From the NCBI GenBank assembly GCA_965206595.1, contig OZ242214.1:5440001-5504000 (forward strand): a stretch of 64,000 nucleotides of DNA, given 5' to 3'. The notes under the pieces are model-generated. The model was not told the DNA's origin, made no database searches, and saw only the letters and a program-made list of their open reading frames with translations. Source of the DNA: Candidatus Latescibacterota bacterium (lineage in GTDB: Bacteria; Latescibacterota; UBA2968; UBA8231). Positions within the stretch are counted from its first letter, which is position 1. The number at the start of each line of letters is the position of its first letter. This document shows, piece by piece, positions 22,349 through 32,411 of the stretch. A program made the position numbers and the translations under genes.

Positions 22349-23194
22349 ATGAGAAGACGTTCCGCAGTTTTCGCGCTGGTTGCCGGAGCCGTCTCCGCGG
22401 CTTCATCCACCGAACCGGGGGCCGCTCTGCAGGGAGCCGCCGCCCGCGTTCTCGACGAAGGGGCGGTCTACAACATCATCGACTGGGACGGCGGATCCCT
22501 GCCGCCGATCTACGAGCGCTCCGACCAGCTGCCGATCACGCTCGAGGACGTGCGCAAACTGGTCGCCGGCAAGTTCAGCGACGCCGCCATCGTCAAGATG
22601 CTGCAGCAGCGGCGATGCGCCTGCGACGCCTCCGTCGATGCCCTGATCGAGCTCCGCGAAACAGGTGTGTCCGAGACTGTGCTGGAGGCCCTGTCGCTGC
22701 ACGCCCTGCCCCCGAACCGCTACGTCGATCTGACCATAGTCCTCGATTTCGAGGGGCTCGGCGGGGAAAAGGCGGTGTCGGCGCAGGCACGCCGGGGATA
22801 CCTCTACCTCATCGTTCCGGACGGCGGGCGGGAGCGTGTCTTTATCGGTAACTTGCAGGCGATTCTCGCCGGCAGCTGGCAGCGGGACGAGCTCGTCGAC
22901 CGCACCGATCTGCTGCTGCCGAAAAAGGTGCGCCGCGTGACCTTCACCGCGCGCGTGCCGCTCAAGAAGCACGAGACCAAGAAGGCGCTCGTGTTCGCCT
23001 CGACCAAGCCGGACATCTACACATCCACCGACATTCCGGCCGCGGATCGGAAACAGGCGATGGAATTCACCTTCGACTACCCGTCGAGCTCGCTGCAGCA
23101 GTCGTGCCGCTTGCAGGTGCTGTACCGGCAGGACGCCATGCTGTCGGACCGCTGGCACCTGCAGCGGTCGCACTTCGACTGCGAGTGGGACTGA
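22349..23194 (+). CDS. Secreted hypothetical protein
   Basis: RBS AAGGA, signal-like N-terminus, typical codon usage, mid-operon position. Confidence 0.75.
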   Translation: MRRRSAVFALVAGAVSAASSTEPGAALQGAAARVLDEGAVYNIIDWDGGSLPPIYERSDQLPITLEDVRKLVAGKFSDAAIVKMLQQRRCACDASVDALIELRETGVSETVLEALSLHALPPNRYVDLTIVLDFEGLGGEKAVSAQARRGYLYLIVPDGGRERVFIGNLQAILAGSWQRDELVDRTDLLLPKKVRRVTFTARVPLKKHETKKALVFASTKPDIYTSTDIPAADRKQAMEFTFDYPSSSLQQSCRLQVLYRQDAMLSDRWHLQRSHFDCEWD

Positions 23195-23214
23195 AAGACA
23201 AGAGGAGCTAACAG

Positions 23215-23820
23215 ATGAGTCGCTGGATGAAAACAGGCCTCGCCCTGGCGGGCCTTGCCGCAATGCTGTCGGCCTGCGCCGGGCCGCGCGCCTTCACCCG
23301 GGGAGAATACGGCGATCCCGAAGAGATCAGCATGCTCGACGACCGCTGGAACCAGAACGACATGCAGCTGGTCGCCAAGACCGTGATCAACTCGCTCGAG
23401 GTGTGGGAAAAGACCGCGGGAATGGAGGGCAAGCCGCTCATCATTCTGGAAAGGCCCAAGAACCGCACCAGCGAGCGTATCGACATAGGGGCGCTCTACG
23501 ATCACGTCAAAACAGCGCTGATCCAGAGCGGCCGCTTCGGGTTCCTCGACAAGGGGGCCCGGCACGAGATCGCCGAGGAGTACGAGTACCAGCAGTCGGG
23601 GTACGTCGACTCCGACGAGGCCAAAGGTCCGGGGAACCAGAAGGCCGCCGGGTTCCTGCTAGGGGGCGTGATCACCTCCAACGTGCAGCAGGTCGGGCCC
23701 AACAAGGCGGTCTACTACAAGGCGACCTTCGAGCTGACCGACATCGAGACCTCGGAGATCCTGTGGACGGATCACAAGGAAATCGTCAAGCACTTCAAGA
23801 AGAAGAGCATCGGACTGTGA
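23215..23820 (+). CDS. lpoB: Penicillin-binding protein activator LpoB-like lipoprotein
   Basis: Lipobox LSAC; NRTSERID, LIQSGRF, FELTDIETSEILW. Confidence 0.78.
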   Translation: MSRWMKTGLALAGLAAMLSACAGPRAFTRGEYGDPEEISMLDDRWNQNDMQLVAKTVINSLEVWEKTAGMEGKPLIILERPKNRTSERIDIGALYDHVKTALIQSGRFGFLDKGARHEIAEEYEYQQSGYVDSDEAKGPGNQKAAGFLLGGVITSNVQQVGPNKAVYYKATFELTDIETSEILWTDHKEIVKHFKKKSIGL

Positions 23821-23864
23821 GGGCGCCGCGACTCACGGCCTCCGTTGCCGGAAGGGGACCTACC

Positions 23865-24470
23865 ATGCAGAGGCATGTGCCATTCTCACAACGCGCCGTC
23901 CCGGCGCGCGTCCTGATCGGCCTGGCGCTGGCCTGCCTCCTGGGCGCCGGGGCTGCTTCGGCGGGGCCGGAACCGGGGCGCACCGACGGAGAAGAGGGGA
24001 GCGAATACGGCCGTGGGGGCTACCCGTACTACGGCCGCATGGGGCAGTTCTACGCCGAGGGATTCTTCGGTGCCGCCATGGTCGACATCGATCCGGAGGA
24101 CGAGGAGGCGGACGAGGTCTCCAGCACCGACCTGATGTCCGGTCTCTACCTCGGCTACAAGACCGAGGAGTGGCTGTCTTTCCAGGTCGGATACGGCCGC
24201 ATCGCCGGCGACTCGGCGACCGACCTGTTCAGCGCCGGGATGCGGAACTCCCTCGACCTGAGGCCGTTCAACTACTTCTTCTCCCTCGACGCCGAGCTCT
24301 ACTCCCCCTCCGGGGGGGACGTCAAGTTCGGCGTTGTGCCCGGGGCCGGGGCCGAGATGTTCATCGGCGACCGCGTGCAGGTGGGGCTGCGCTACCAGCG
24401 CGACTTCATCTTTGCCGACGACGACATCTCCATCAACCGCTTTTCCGCGCGGGTGCAGGTCAACTTCTGA
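23865..24470 (+). CDS. Small outer-membrane beta-barrel protein
   Basis: Signal peptide, alternating aromatic/polar strands, C-terminal ...RVQVNF. Confidence 0.7.
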   Translation: MQRHVPFSQRAVPARVLIGLALACLLGAGAASAGPEPGRTDGEEGSEYGRGGYPYYGRMGQFYAEGFFGAAMVDIDPEDEEADEVSSTDLMSGLYLGYKTEEWLSFQVGYGRIAGDSATDLFSAGMRNSLDLRPFNYFFSLDAELYSPSGGDVKFGVVPGAGAEMFIGDRVQVGLRYQRDFIFADDDISINRFSARVQVNF

Positions 24471-24491
24471 GCTGCCGGCAGGCTTCGAGAC

Positions 24492-24533
24492 AAAAAGGGG
24501 GGATCCGGAATACCGGATCCCCCCTTTCGTTTT
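24492..24533. terminator. Bidirectional intrinsic terminator
   Basis: AAAGGGGGGATCCGG-AATA-CCGGATCCCCCCTTT hairpin with A/T tails between convergent genes. Confidence 0.9.
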
Positions 24534-24551
24534 GCAGCGAGGCAGGCCGGC

Positions 24552-25208
24552 TCAGCCGGCGACCATGCCGGCGAAATAGCGGTGGACTGCCCTGTCCTGG
24601 GTGAGCTCGGGATGGAAGCTCGCGGCGAGCACGTTGCCGCTGCGGGCCATGACGACCTCGCCGCGGCAATGGGCAAGGGGCGCGACTTCTGCTCCCAGGC
24701 GCAGGATCCGCGGCGCGCGGATGAAGACCATCGGCAGGTCGTGGTCGCGGCCGTTGGCGGCGAAGGTGCCGGCCGCCTCGAAGCTCTCGCGCTGGCGGCC
24801 GTAGCTGTTGCGCTCGACGGTCACGTCGATGGCGGCGAGCGATTTCTGAGCGGGGTTGACGACCTCGGCGGCGAGCAGGATGAGTCCGGCGCAGGTGCCG
24901 AACACGGGGCGACCGGAGTCGATGAAGGCGCGCAGCGGCTCCCAGAAGCCCCATGCATCCATCAGCTTGATCAGGGTCGTGCTTTCCCCGCCGGGAAGGA
25001 TCAGGCCGTCGACGGCGTCGAGCTGCGATGGCTGCTTGACGATGGCGGAATCGGCGCCGACGTCGCCGAGGGCGCATGCGTGTGCGGCGAAATCCCCCTG
25101 CAGCCCGAGGACGCCGATCGGCCCCCGGCTGCGCAGATCAGGTGCTTTCCCCATCCGGGTCGCGGCCGGTTGCAGGCCGCGGCCACCGAGGTCCGGTTCG
25201 GCTACCAC
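24552..25208 (-). CDS. pdxT: PLP synthase glutaminase subunit (alternative start 25154)
   Basis: [49 protein letters not shown]. Confidence 0.96.
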   Translation of the reverse strand: MVAEPDLGGRGLQPAATRMGKAPDLRSRGPIGVLGLQGDFAAHACALGDVGADSAIVKQPSQLDAVDGLILPGGESTTLIKLMDAWGFWEPLRAFIDSGRPVFGTCAGLILLAAEVVNPAQKSLAAIDVTVERNSYGRQRESFEAAGTFAANGRDHDLPMVFIRAPRILRLGAEVAPLAHCRGEVVMARSGNVLAASFHPELTQDRAVHRYFAGMVAG

Positions 25209-26107
25209 CCGCGCGTCTGCAGCAGCTGCCCGTCTTCCAGCGAGCCGATCTCGATACCGGGCATGGCCTCGCCGAGCTCCTCCGAGACCCGCGCCAGCAC
25301 ATGCGGATCGAGGTAGTGCGTCGTCGCCTCGACGATCGCCTTGGCTCGCTTGGGCGGGTCGCTCGATTTGAAGACACCGGAGCCGACGAAGATGGACTCG
25401 GCGCCGAGCTGCATCATCAGCGACGCGTCCGCGGGGGTGGCGACGCCGCCTGCGGCGAAGTTGGGGACCGGCAGCTTGCCGTCCGCGGCGACCATACGGA
25501 CGAGCTCGTACGGCGCCCCGAGCTCCTTGGCCGCGGCCATCAGCTCCTCAGGCCCCAGGGTCGTCAGGCGGCGCATCTCGCCGACGACGGAGCGCATGTG
25601 GCGGACGGCCTCGACGATGTTGCCGGAGCCGGCCTCCCCCTTGGTGCGGATCATGGCCGCCCCCTCGCCGATGCGGCGCAGGGCTTCTCCGAGGTTGCGG
25701 GCTCCGCAGACGAAGGGGACCTCGAAGGCGAACTTGTCGACGTGGAAATACTCGTCGGCGGGGGTCAGGACCTCGCTTTCGTCGATGTAGTCGACGCCGA
25801 CCGACTGCAGCACCTGGGCTTCGGCGAAATGGCCGATGCGCACCTTGGCCATGACCGGAATCGTTACCGTCTCCATGATCTCGCGGATCTTGCGGATGCT
25901 CGCCATGCGCGCGACGCCTCCCTCCTTGCGGATATCGGCGGGGACGCGCTCCAGGGCCATCACCGATGTCGCGCCTGCGTCCTCGGCGATGCGGGCCTGG
26001 TCGGCGTTGGTGACATCCATGATGACGCCCCCCTTGAGCATTTCGGCGAGGCCCGTCTTGAGGCGGAGGGTTCCCGATGCCGGCTGTCCGTTGGTATTGC
26101 CTTCCAT
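25202..26107 (-). CDS. pdxS: PLP synthase lyase subunit
   Basis: [54 protein letters not shown]. Confidence 0.97.
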   Translation of the reverse strand: MEGNTNGQPASGTLRLKTGLAEMLKGGVIMDVTNADQARIAEDAGATSVMALERVPADIRKEGGVARMASIRKIREIMETVTIPVMAKVRIGHFAEAQVLQSVGVDYIDESEVLTPADEYFHVDKFAFEVPFVCGARNLGEALRRIGEGAAMIRTKGEAGSGNIVEAVRHMRSVVGEMRRLTTLGPEELMAAAKELGAPYELVRMVAADGKLPVPNFAAGGVATPADASLMMQLGAESIFVGSGVFKSSDPPKRAKAIVEATTHYLDPHVLARVSEELGEAMPGIEIGSLEDGQLLQTRGW

Positions 26108-26211
26108 TGCTGAAATCCCCTTAAGTGACTGCGAGAGTGTAGTTCACGACTTCCTGGAAGAACGGGCGAAGAAGGTACTCCACACCCCTGAGAGGCGCAA
26201 AATCCCGGCCG

Positions 26212-27720
26212 CTACTGCAGCTGCGGGGGATCCTCCCGCCCCCCGGTGCCGGCGGGCTTTCCGGAAGAGCGGCCGCGGGCGGTGCGCCAAAGATTGCGGC
26301 ACAGCTCCCAGGCCAGCAGCCGCATCCCGATCAGCGTGGCCGCGAGCCAGGCCAGGGCCCCTGCGGCACAGACGGTCAGTGCGTCGCCGGTTGCGAAATT
26401 GCGCACCACCACCAGGACTGCCAGAACCAGGACCGTGACTCCTGCCGGCCGCGCCAGGGAACCGATGAAGTCGGCGAAGGTCAGACCGATCAGGCGGTTC
26501 GTCAGGTGCTGCGACAGGAGGAGGAAGAGGAAAGCGGTTCCGGCGATGGCCGCGGCCGCCCAGGCGACGCCGTGGGAGACGCACAGGAAGAGCACCGGAA
26601 GCAGGACCGCGAGACTGAAGAGCGACCAGTACAGCAGCCAGTTGGACCTTCCCTTGGCGAGGAATATCGAGCCGGCCGCGGAGCCTGCCGCTTTCAACAG
26701 GGCGGCGCCGGCTAGCAGTTGCAGCGGCAGGGCTGCGGGACCGAGATCGCGTCCGTCCACCCTCCTCAGCAGCTCGAGCGCCTCGGGAGCGAAGACGAAG
26801 GTCGTCAGCAGCGGCCAGAAGAAGAGGGCGATCGACTGCATCGCGCGCAGATAGGCGCGCCGCAGCAGCGCATCGTCTTCCTGGATGGCGGAGAAGGTGG
26901 GAAAGAAGACGCGCATGACGACGGCGGATATCCGTACCAGGGGCATCAGGGTGAGCCGATGGGCGAAGCGGTAGTACCCCAACGCGGTTTCCCCGAGAAG
27001 GGGGAAGATGACGAACCCCGCGAGGTTGTGGCCGGCGTAGTTGAGGCAGCGAGAGCCGGTCAGGTTGATCCCGAAGCGCAGCAGGTCGCGGAGGGCGGCC
27101 AGTCGGAAGCGGAGCCTCGGCGTCCAGGAGCTCGCGCGCCACAATCCCGCCAGCAGAGCCAGTTCGCGCACCACGGCGCTGATAACGGCGCTCATGACAC
27201 CGTACTGGCGCAGCAGGAGGATGGCGGCCGCGGTATAGATAAGGATGGAGAACGCCTCGGCCGCGGCCATCTGACGGAAGCGGAAGTCTTTTTGCAGCCG
27301 GCCGCGAAAGACGCCTGAGACCGCGGCGAACGGCACCAGCAGAACCAGGACCCGGGTGACGCGGGCGAACTGCCCGGGGTCCGCGGCGCCGCTCAGGAGC
27401 GCCAGTTGCGGGGCCGTGGCGGCGACTGCCGCGGTCAGGGCCGCACCGGCGGCGAGGGTGGTCCAGAAGGCGGAATCGAAATGCTCTTCGGAGGCGCCGC
27501 GGTGCTGCACCAGCGCCGACCCCAGGCCCAGGTCGGCGACGAGCGCGAGAACCATCACGACAATCAGGGCGTACTCGAAGCGCCCCATCTCCTCGGTCGG
27601 GATGAAGGCGTAGAACAGCACCCCGATGAACAGCTGCAGGGCGAAGGGGCTGGCCGTCCACAACACTCCGCGCAGGGCGCGCGTCGACAGGGGTCCCTCG
27701 CGGCCGGACTCTACAGGCAC
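26212..27720 (-). CDS. Wzx/PST-family polysaccharide flippase
   Basis: Many TM segments; DLGLGSALVQ, LLRFG, LGYYRFA, RVFFPTFS. Confidence 0.85.
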   Translation of the reverse strand: MPVESGREGPLSTRALRGVLWTASPFALQLFIGVLFYAFIPTEEMGRFEYALIVVMVLALVADLGLGSALVQHRGASEEHFDSAFWTTLAAGAALTAAVAATAPQLALLSGAADPGQFARVTRVLVLLVPFAAVSGVFRGRLQKDFRFRQMAAAEAFSILIYTAAAILLLRQYGVMSAVISAVVRELALLAGLWRASSWTPRLRFRLAALRDLLRFGINLTGSRCLNYAGHNLAGFVIFPLLGETALGYYRFAHRLTLMPLVRISAVVMRVFFPTFSAIQEDDALLRRAYLRAMQSIALFFWPLLTTFVFAPEALELLRRVDGRDLGPAALPLQLLAGAALLKAAGSAAGSIFLAKGRSNWLLYWSLFSLAVLLPVLFLCVSHGVAWAAAAIAGTAFLFLLLSQHLTNRLIGLTFADFIGSLARPAGVTVLVLAVLVVVRNFATGDALTVCAAGALAWLAATLIGMRLLAWELCRNLWRTARGRSSGKPAGTGGREDPPQLQ

Positions 27721-28541
27721 CCGCGGGCGAATTCGATATTGCGCAACGTGTTCGACTCCCTTGGGGTCAGCCTTTCGTCGACCAGGCCGAACGCGTCGTG
27801 CAGTTCGTCCGTGTGCGTCTCGACAACGACAAAGCCGTCGTATCCGTCTCCCCTCAAGGCCCGCAGCTGGGCACCCCAGTCGATGTCGGGTCCCTCCAGC
27901 AAACCCCATGTTCCGGTCGCAGAGACGTAGTTCTTGAGGTGCACGCAGCCGACCGTGACCCCGCTGGAGTCGCGCAATTCTTCGTATTCATCCGGGTAAG
28001 GACTGGCGGAACCGGCACGGGCGGCATTCCCCGGGTCCCAGCACATGCCGAGACGATCCTCACCGACTCGGCGGATGATTCCAGCCGCCAGGCGGCCGCT
28101 ACCGCCCCAACACCCCGCCTCGTTCTCCAGCAGCAGCCGGCAGCCGGCGCGCCCGGCCGCCTCGCACATCCCGGCGAGCCGATCGACGACTTCGTCCGGC
28201 ATATGCGTGTCTCCGGCAGGGCGGAAGGCAAAACAGGAAACCCGGTCGCTACCCCAGCGCCGCGCCCACTCGCAGGCGCGCGGGAGGGTTTCGGTCATGT
28301 CCTGGTCGACGGACGGGTCGTCCAACCGGCACTTGAACATGCCCGGCGAGACGCCGGACACCGCGAGGCCGGCATCTTCGAAACGGCGCTGGAAATCCTG
28401 AAGTTCGGCATCCCCCAGGCGAGGGAAACGAACCCCATCGATAGCGCGCACCTCGACATGGGAGACGCCCCACGCCGCAGCCAGCTCCACGGCGCGAGCC
28501 GAGGAAGGGGAGATCTCGTCGGTGAATACCGATAGTTTCAT
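27711..28541 (-). CDS. Sugar-phosphate isomerase/epimerase (xylose-isomerase-like TIM barrel)
   Basis: MKLSVFTDEIS, LLLENE, WDPGN, VHLKN, YDGFVVVETH. Confidence 0.85.
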   Translation of the reverse strand: MKLSVFTDEISPSSARAVELAAAWGVSHVEVRAIDGVRFPRLGDAELQDFQRRFEDAGLAVSGVSPGMFKCRLDDPSVDQDMTETLPRACEWARRWGSDRVSCFAFRPAGDTHMPDEVVDRLAGMCEAAGRAGCRLLLENEAGCWGGSGRLAAGIIRRVGEDRLGMCWDPGNAARAGSASPYPDEYEELRDSSGVTVGCVHLKNYVSATGTWGLLEGPDIDWGAQLRALRGDGYDGFVVVETHTDELHDAFGLVDERLTPRESNTLRNIEFARGCL

Positions 28542-28718
28542 GGGAAGTAGGGGCGCTTGTCGTCGGAACACGGAGATGACATGCTGAATGAGGCAGGTAT
28601 CTTAACCAGATACTTTTACAAGGTACAGAGCCCGTAGCAAAAGTCCATTGATCCGCGGACTGCTTTCACCACAGTCGACCGCGGAACAGTCCAACTTCCC
28701 CCAAACTGAAGAACCCTC

Positions 28719-29747
28719 ATGACAGAACTGATTGTCGCCGTCGCCGCCGCGGTGCTGATTTCGGCGATGTGCTCCCTGTTCGAGGCCGTGCTCTACTCGG
28801 TGCCTGTGGGGTACATCGAATCGCTGGCGAATGCCGATCGCAAGGCCGGGCGCATCCTGCGGCGCCTGCGTGGAAACGTCGACCGTCCGATCGCCGCCAT
28901 CCTGTCGCTCAACACCATCGCCAACACCGCCGGCGCCGCGGTCGCCGGCGCCGCGGCCCACAGTGTCTTCGGCGAGGCCTGGGTGGGCTATTTCTCGGCC
29001 GCATTCACTCTGGCCATCCTGATGTTCTCCGAGGTGATTCCCAAAACCGCCGGGGTGGTCTACAGCCGGCCCCTGGCCGCGGTGATCGCGGGTCCCCTTG
29101 CCCTTCTGGTGTGGCTCTTCCACCCCCTGATCTGGCTGTGCGGAATGGCGACCCGCATGGTGTCGCGAGGCCGCAAGCCGGAGCACGTGTCGGGAGAGGA
29201 GATCCTCGGCCTGGCGCGCATGGGGCAGCAGACCGGCGCCCTCGAGGCCGACCACGCCGCGGTGATCGCCAACATCCTCACCCTGCATGACAAGTCGGTG
29301 CGCGACATCATGACTCCGCGCACGGTGGTGTTCACGCTGCCTGCCTCCACCACCGTGGAGGAGGTGTGCGCGCGCGGGAGAACCCTGGACAACAGCCGCA
29401 TCCCCGTGTTCGACAAGAACGCCGACGACGTGGTGGGTATCGTGCTGGGCCGGGAGGTTCTCGCGGCAATGGTCGGAGGTTCGGGGGAAGTCCGGCTCGA
29501 GGAGATGATGCGGCCGGTCGACTTCGTCGCCGAATCGGTAACGCTCGACAGGCTGCTTCGCATTTTCATGGAACGGCGCCAGCACCTGCTGATGGTCCTC
29601 GAGGAGTTCGGCGGGCTCGCAGGACTGGTTACTCTCGAGGACGTGATCGAGGAGATCCTCGGACAGGAGATCGTCGACGAGTTCGACAAGGTGGCCGACC
29701 TGCGCGCGCTTGCCCGCAGCCGCCGCGAGCGCACCCTGGGCGGCTGA
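28719..29747 (+). CDS. CNNM/DUF21-CBS domain protein (CorC/HlyC family)
   Basis: SAMCSLFEA, ILSLNTIANT, SEVIPKT, VRDIMTPRT, SRIPVF, EFGGLAGLVTLEDVIEEILG. Confidence 0.9.
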   Translation: MTELIVAVAAAVLISAMCSLFEAVLYSVPVGYIESLANADRKAGRILRRLRGNVDRPIAAILSLNTIANTAGAAVAGAAAHSVFGEAWVGYFSAAFTLAILMFSEVIPKTAGVVYSRPLAAVIAGPLALLVWLFHPLIWLCGMATRMVSRGRKPEHVSGEEILGLARMGQQTGALEADHAAVIANILTLHDKSVRDIMTPRTVVFTLPASTTVEEVCARGRTLDNSRIPVFDKNADDVVGIVLGREVLAAMVGGSGEVRLEEMMRPVDFVAESVTLDRLLRIFMERRQHLLMVLEEFGGLAGLVTLEDVIEEILGQEIVDEFDKVADLRALARSRRERTLGG

Positions 29748-29751
29748 GGCA

Positions 29752-29793
29752 AGAAAAAAGCCCCCGGAGCATCGATCCGGAGGCTTTTGTTCT
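29752..29793. terminator. Bidirectional intrinsic terminator
   Basis: AGAAAAAAGCCCCCGGA...TCCGGAGGCTTTTGTTCT hairpin between the convergent CDS and tRNA. Confidence 0.75.
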
Positions 29794-29867
29794 GGTGCTC
29801 CCACGGAGAGTCGAACTCCGGTTACAGGGATGAAAACCCTGGGTCCTGACCGCTAGACGATGGGAGC
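29793..29867 (-). tRNA. tRNA-Glu (TTC)
   Basis: GCTCCCATCGTCTAGCGGTCAGGACCCAGGGTTTTCATCCCTGTAACCGGAGTTCGACTCTCCGTGGGAGCACCA: acceptor stem, anticodon arm CAGGG-TT TTC AT-CCCTG, TTCGA loop, encoded CCA. Confidence 0.97.
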
Positions 29868-29901
29868 AATAATCGCGGGTTTTCGATTTTCGCAGCGGCT
29901 G

Positions 29902-29930
29902 AATATAGAGGGGGGGGCCGGCAGTGGCAA
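29902..29930 (-). promoter_or_regulatory. Sigma70-type promoter of tRNA-Glu
   Basis: Minus strand TTGCCA-17 bp-TATATT, ~35 nt upstream of the tRNA. Confidence 0.65.
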
Positions 29931-30101
29931 CAAGCACGGAAAAGCGTGTAAGCACGGTCCTGATCTGCAGTTAGCCCGTGCCGTCCCCGACGGCCGGCGG
30001 CCGTTATCGGTGGCCGGAACCGGTATCGACCGGGGGCTCGGGTCGGCACGCCGCATCCATGGCTCCAGGCAGCCCTCCAGCTCCGATCTGCCGTCCCGAC
30101 G

Positions 30102-31529
30102 CTAGTCGAACAGCTCGACCTCCGGGTGCTGGAGGTGCCACTCGGTGGCGTCCTCGAAGGCGCGCGCCAGCCTTAGAATCCGGCCCTCTTCGTAGGGTTT
30201 GCCGATGAGCTGCAGACCCACCGGCAGTCCGCCGTGCGTCAGCCCGCACGGCAGCGACACCGCGCACAGCCCCAGCTGATTGACCGGGAGGGTATTGCGC
30301 AGGGCCATCAGGTTCACCGGGGTGTAGTTCTCGTCGGTGTCGGTCTCTTCAAGGGTGGGCGCGGCAATCGCCGTGGTCGGCGCCAGCAGGGCGTCGATAC
30401 CGTCGAGCCGCCGCAGGGCGGACCGCCGCAGCTCCTGGCGGCGCCGCTGCATGTGGAGGTAGTCGTACGCCGTCATGTCCCGTCCGGCGAGCATGCGGCC
30501 GGCAACGATCGGGTCGAAGGCTCCGGGATCGTCGTTCAGGTAGTCGCGGAAGTTGAGGTAGGTTTCGACCGAGGTCATGCGGCCCGGTTGCAGCTCGGCC
30601 AGCTCGTCGAGCTCCTCCATCGAAATCTCGTCGACGTCGACCCCCTGTTCGGCGAAGACCTGCACGCAGGCGCGCACCGCTGCTTCGACCTCGGGGTCGA
30701 CATCCTCCCAGAAGTACTCCCGCGGCAGGCAGACGCGCATGCCTCCCACGTCCCCTTCCAGTTCGTCGAAGACCGCGTCAACCGGTTGTTCCCAGGTGTC
30801 CGGGTCCGCGGGATCCGGCCCGGCCAGGACGCGGTACAGCAGTGCCGCGTCGCGCACGCAGCGGGTCATCGGCCCGACCGAATCGAGGGCGCTGTCGAGT
30901 GGGAGGGCTCCGGCGTTGCTGAGGCGGCCGAAGGTCGGCTTGAGCCCGACGATGCCGCTGAACGAGGCCGGGATGCGCACCGAGCCCCCGGTGTCGCTGC
31001 CGATAGCGGCCGGCGCCAGGTCGGCGGCAACGGCGACCCCGGAACCGCTGCTCGATCCGCCCGGAAGGCGGTGAACTTCGGCGTCCCACGGATTCCACGG
31101 GGTTCCGTAATGGTGGTTGACCCCGGTGCCGCCGAAGGCGAACTCGACCATGTGCGTCTTGCCCAGCAACACCGCCCCGGCCTCCCACAGCCTGCGGGCG
31201 CAGGTCGAGTCCCGGGCCGCCACTTTGTCCCGGAAAAGCAGCGACCCCCCTGTAGTCGGCAGTCCTGAAATATCGATCAGGTCCTTGATGGCGAGCGGGA
31301 TTCCGTGAAGGGGTCCGATGTAATGCCCGCCCCGGATCGCCGTCTCCGCGGCGCGCGCCGCGGCCAGGGCGCGGTCCGCGGTGACGCACAGGTAGGCGTT
31401 GAGCACCTCGTTGCGGGAGCCGATGCGGTCGAGGTAGTACTCGGCGATTTCGACCGGGGAGAGCTTGCCCTTCTCGACGGCAGGGGCCAGGCTGGTGATG
31501 GTCGGAAAAGGTTCGAAGGCCCGGGTCAC
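30102..31529 (-). CDS. Amidase-signature family hydrolase
   Basis: GPLHGIPLAIKD, PGGSSSGS, IGSDTGGSVRIPAS, GLPVGLQL. Confidence 0.92.
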   Translation of the reverse strand: MTRAFEPFPTITSLAPAVEKGKLSPVEIAEYYLDRIGSRNEVLNAYLCVTADRALAAARAAETAIRGGHYIGPLHGIPLAIKDLIDISGLPTTGGSLLFRDKVAARDSTCARRLWEAGAVLLGKTHMVEFAFGGTGVNHHYGTPWNPWDAEVHRLPGGSSSGSGVAVAADLAPAAIGSDTGGSVRIPASFSGIVGLKPTFGRLSNAGALPLDSALDSVGPMTRCVRDAALLYRVLAGPDPADPDTWEQPVDAVFDELEGDVGGMRVCLPREYFWEDVDPEVEAAVRACVQVFAEQGVDVDEISMEELDELAELQPGRMTSVETYLNFRDYLNDDPGAFDPIVAGRMLAGRDMTAYDYLHMQRRRQELRRSALRRLDGIDALLAPTTAIAAPTLEETDTDENYTPVNLMALRNTLPVNQLGLCAVSLPCGLTHGGLPVGLQLIGKPYEEGRILRLARAFEDATEWHLQHPEVELFD

Positions 31530-32386
31530 GTGGAAGTCCCGACGGGAAGGGGGTTCTCGAACGGCGCCAGCGAACGCAGGTAGGCGGCGCTGCGCTGCGC
31601 GGCTTCCGCGGGCCCGCGCAGTCCGGCGAAGGCCTGGTGGATGGTGACAAAGCCGTCGTAGCCGATCCCCTGCAGGGCGGCGAAAATCCCGGGAAAGTCC
31701 ATGCCGCCCGGCTCCCATACCGGGAGGTGGTCGAAGTGGACGGGGCCCCGGCACCAGGTGTCGAGCACCCCCTCCCCATGGGGGTTCTCGACGTGGTTCT
31801 GCAGGTAGACGTTGAAGATGTGGGGGGCGAACCGCTCTATGGTCTCGCGCCCGTAGTCCTGGCCGCAGGCATCGAGGTTCACCGGCTCGTAGATGATGCC
31901 GAAGTTGGGCCGACAGACCTGCCGCACCACCTCGAGCGCGCGTTCGACCTCCTCGAACAGGCTGCAGGTGTGGCACTGGTGGGCGAGGCGCATGCCGCGC
32001 TCCGCGGCCTCGTCGCAGGCGTTGCGGGCAGGCGCGATGTCCGCCTCCGTTTTCATGCAGATGCGCAGCAGGTCCGCGCCCAGCCTCTCGGCGAGGTCGA
32101 GGTAGGGGGTGATGTTGCGCAGCGCCAGCGGCCCCTCGGCGTCGCTGTTCTGCGGAATCGGGAAATCGCCGGTGAGCATCGACACGGCGAGGCCGTGCCC
32201 GTTCAGCATGGCGCGGGCGGCGCGCACCTCATCCGCCCCGGAGTGGATCCCCAGCTGCGAGGCGCGCATGCAGAGGGTGTGGTACCCGTGGGCGAGGGCG
32301 AGGTCCGCCAGCCCCTCCAGCGTCATGTCGGCCCTGGTCTTGTCGCCGAAGCTCTCGGCGACGCGCACGGACAGGCTCAGCTTCAC
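31526..32386 (-). CDS. Sugar-phosphate isomerase/epimerase-like TIM barrel
   Basis: GTG start, KLSLSVRVAE; NFGIIYEPVN, IFNVYLQN, GYDGFVTIHQ. Confidence 0.78.
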   Translation of the reverse strand: MKLSLSVRVAESFGDKTRADMTLEGLADLALAHGYHTLCMRASQLGIHSGADEVRAARAMLNGHGLAVSMLTGDFPIPQNSDAEGPLALRNITPYLDLAERLGADLLRICMKTEADIAPARNACDEAAERGMRLAHQCHTCSLFEEVERALEVVRQVCRPNFGIIYEPVNLDACGQDYGRETIERFAPHIFNVYLQNHVENPHGEGVLDTWCRGPVHFDHLPVWEPGGMDFPGIFAALQGIGYDGFVTIHQAFAGLRGPAEAAQRSAAYLRSLAPFENPLPVGTST

Positions 32387-32411
32387 GTTGCAGGCTCCCT
32401 GTGAGAAAGGA

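Noticed and set aside
29793-29867. tRNA-Glu as the integration site of an island
   Set aside because: No integrase and no duplicated tRNA 3' end noticed; the flanks are ordinary genes
30102-31529. gatA
   Set aside because: No gatB/gatC neighbours and it sits in a catabolic cluster; only the generic amidase signature is supported
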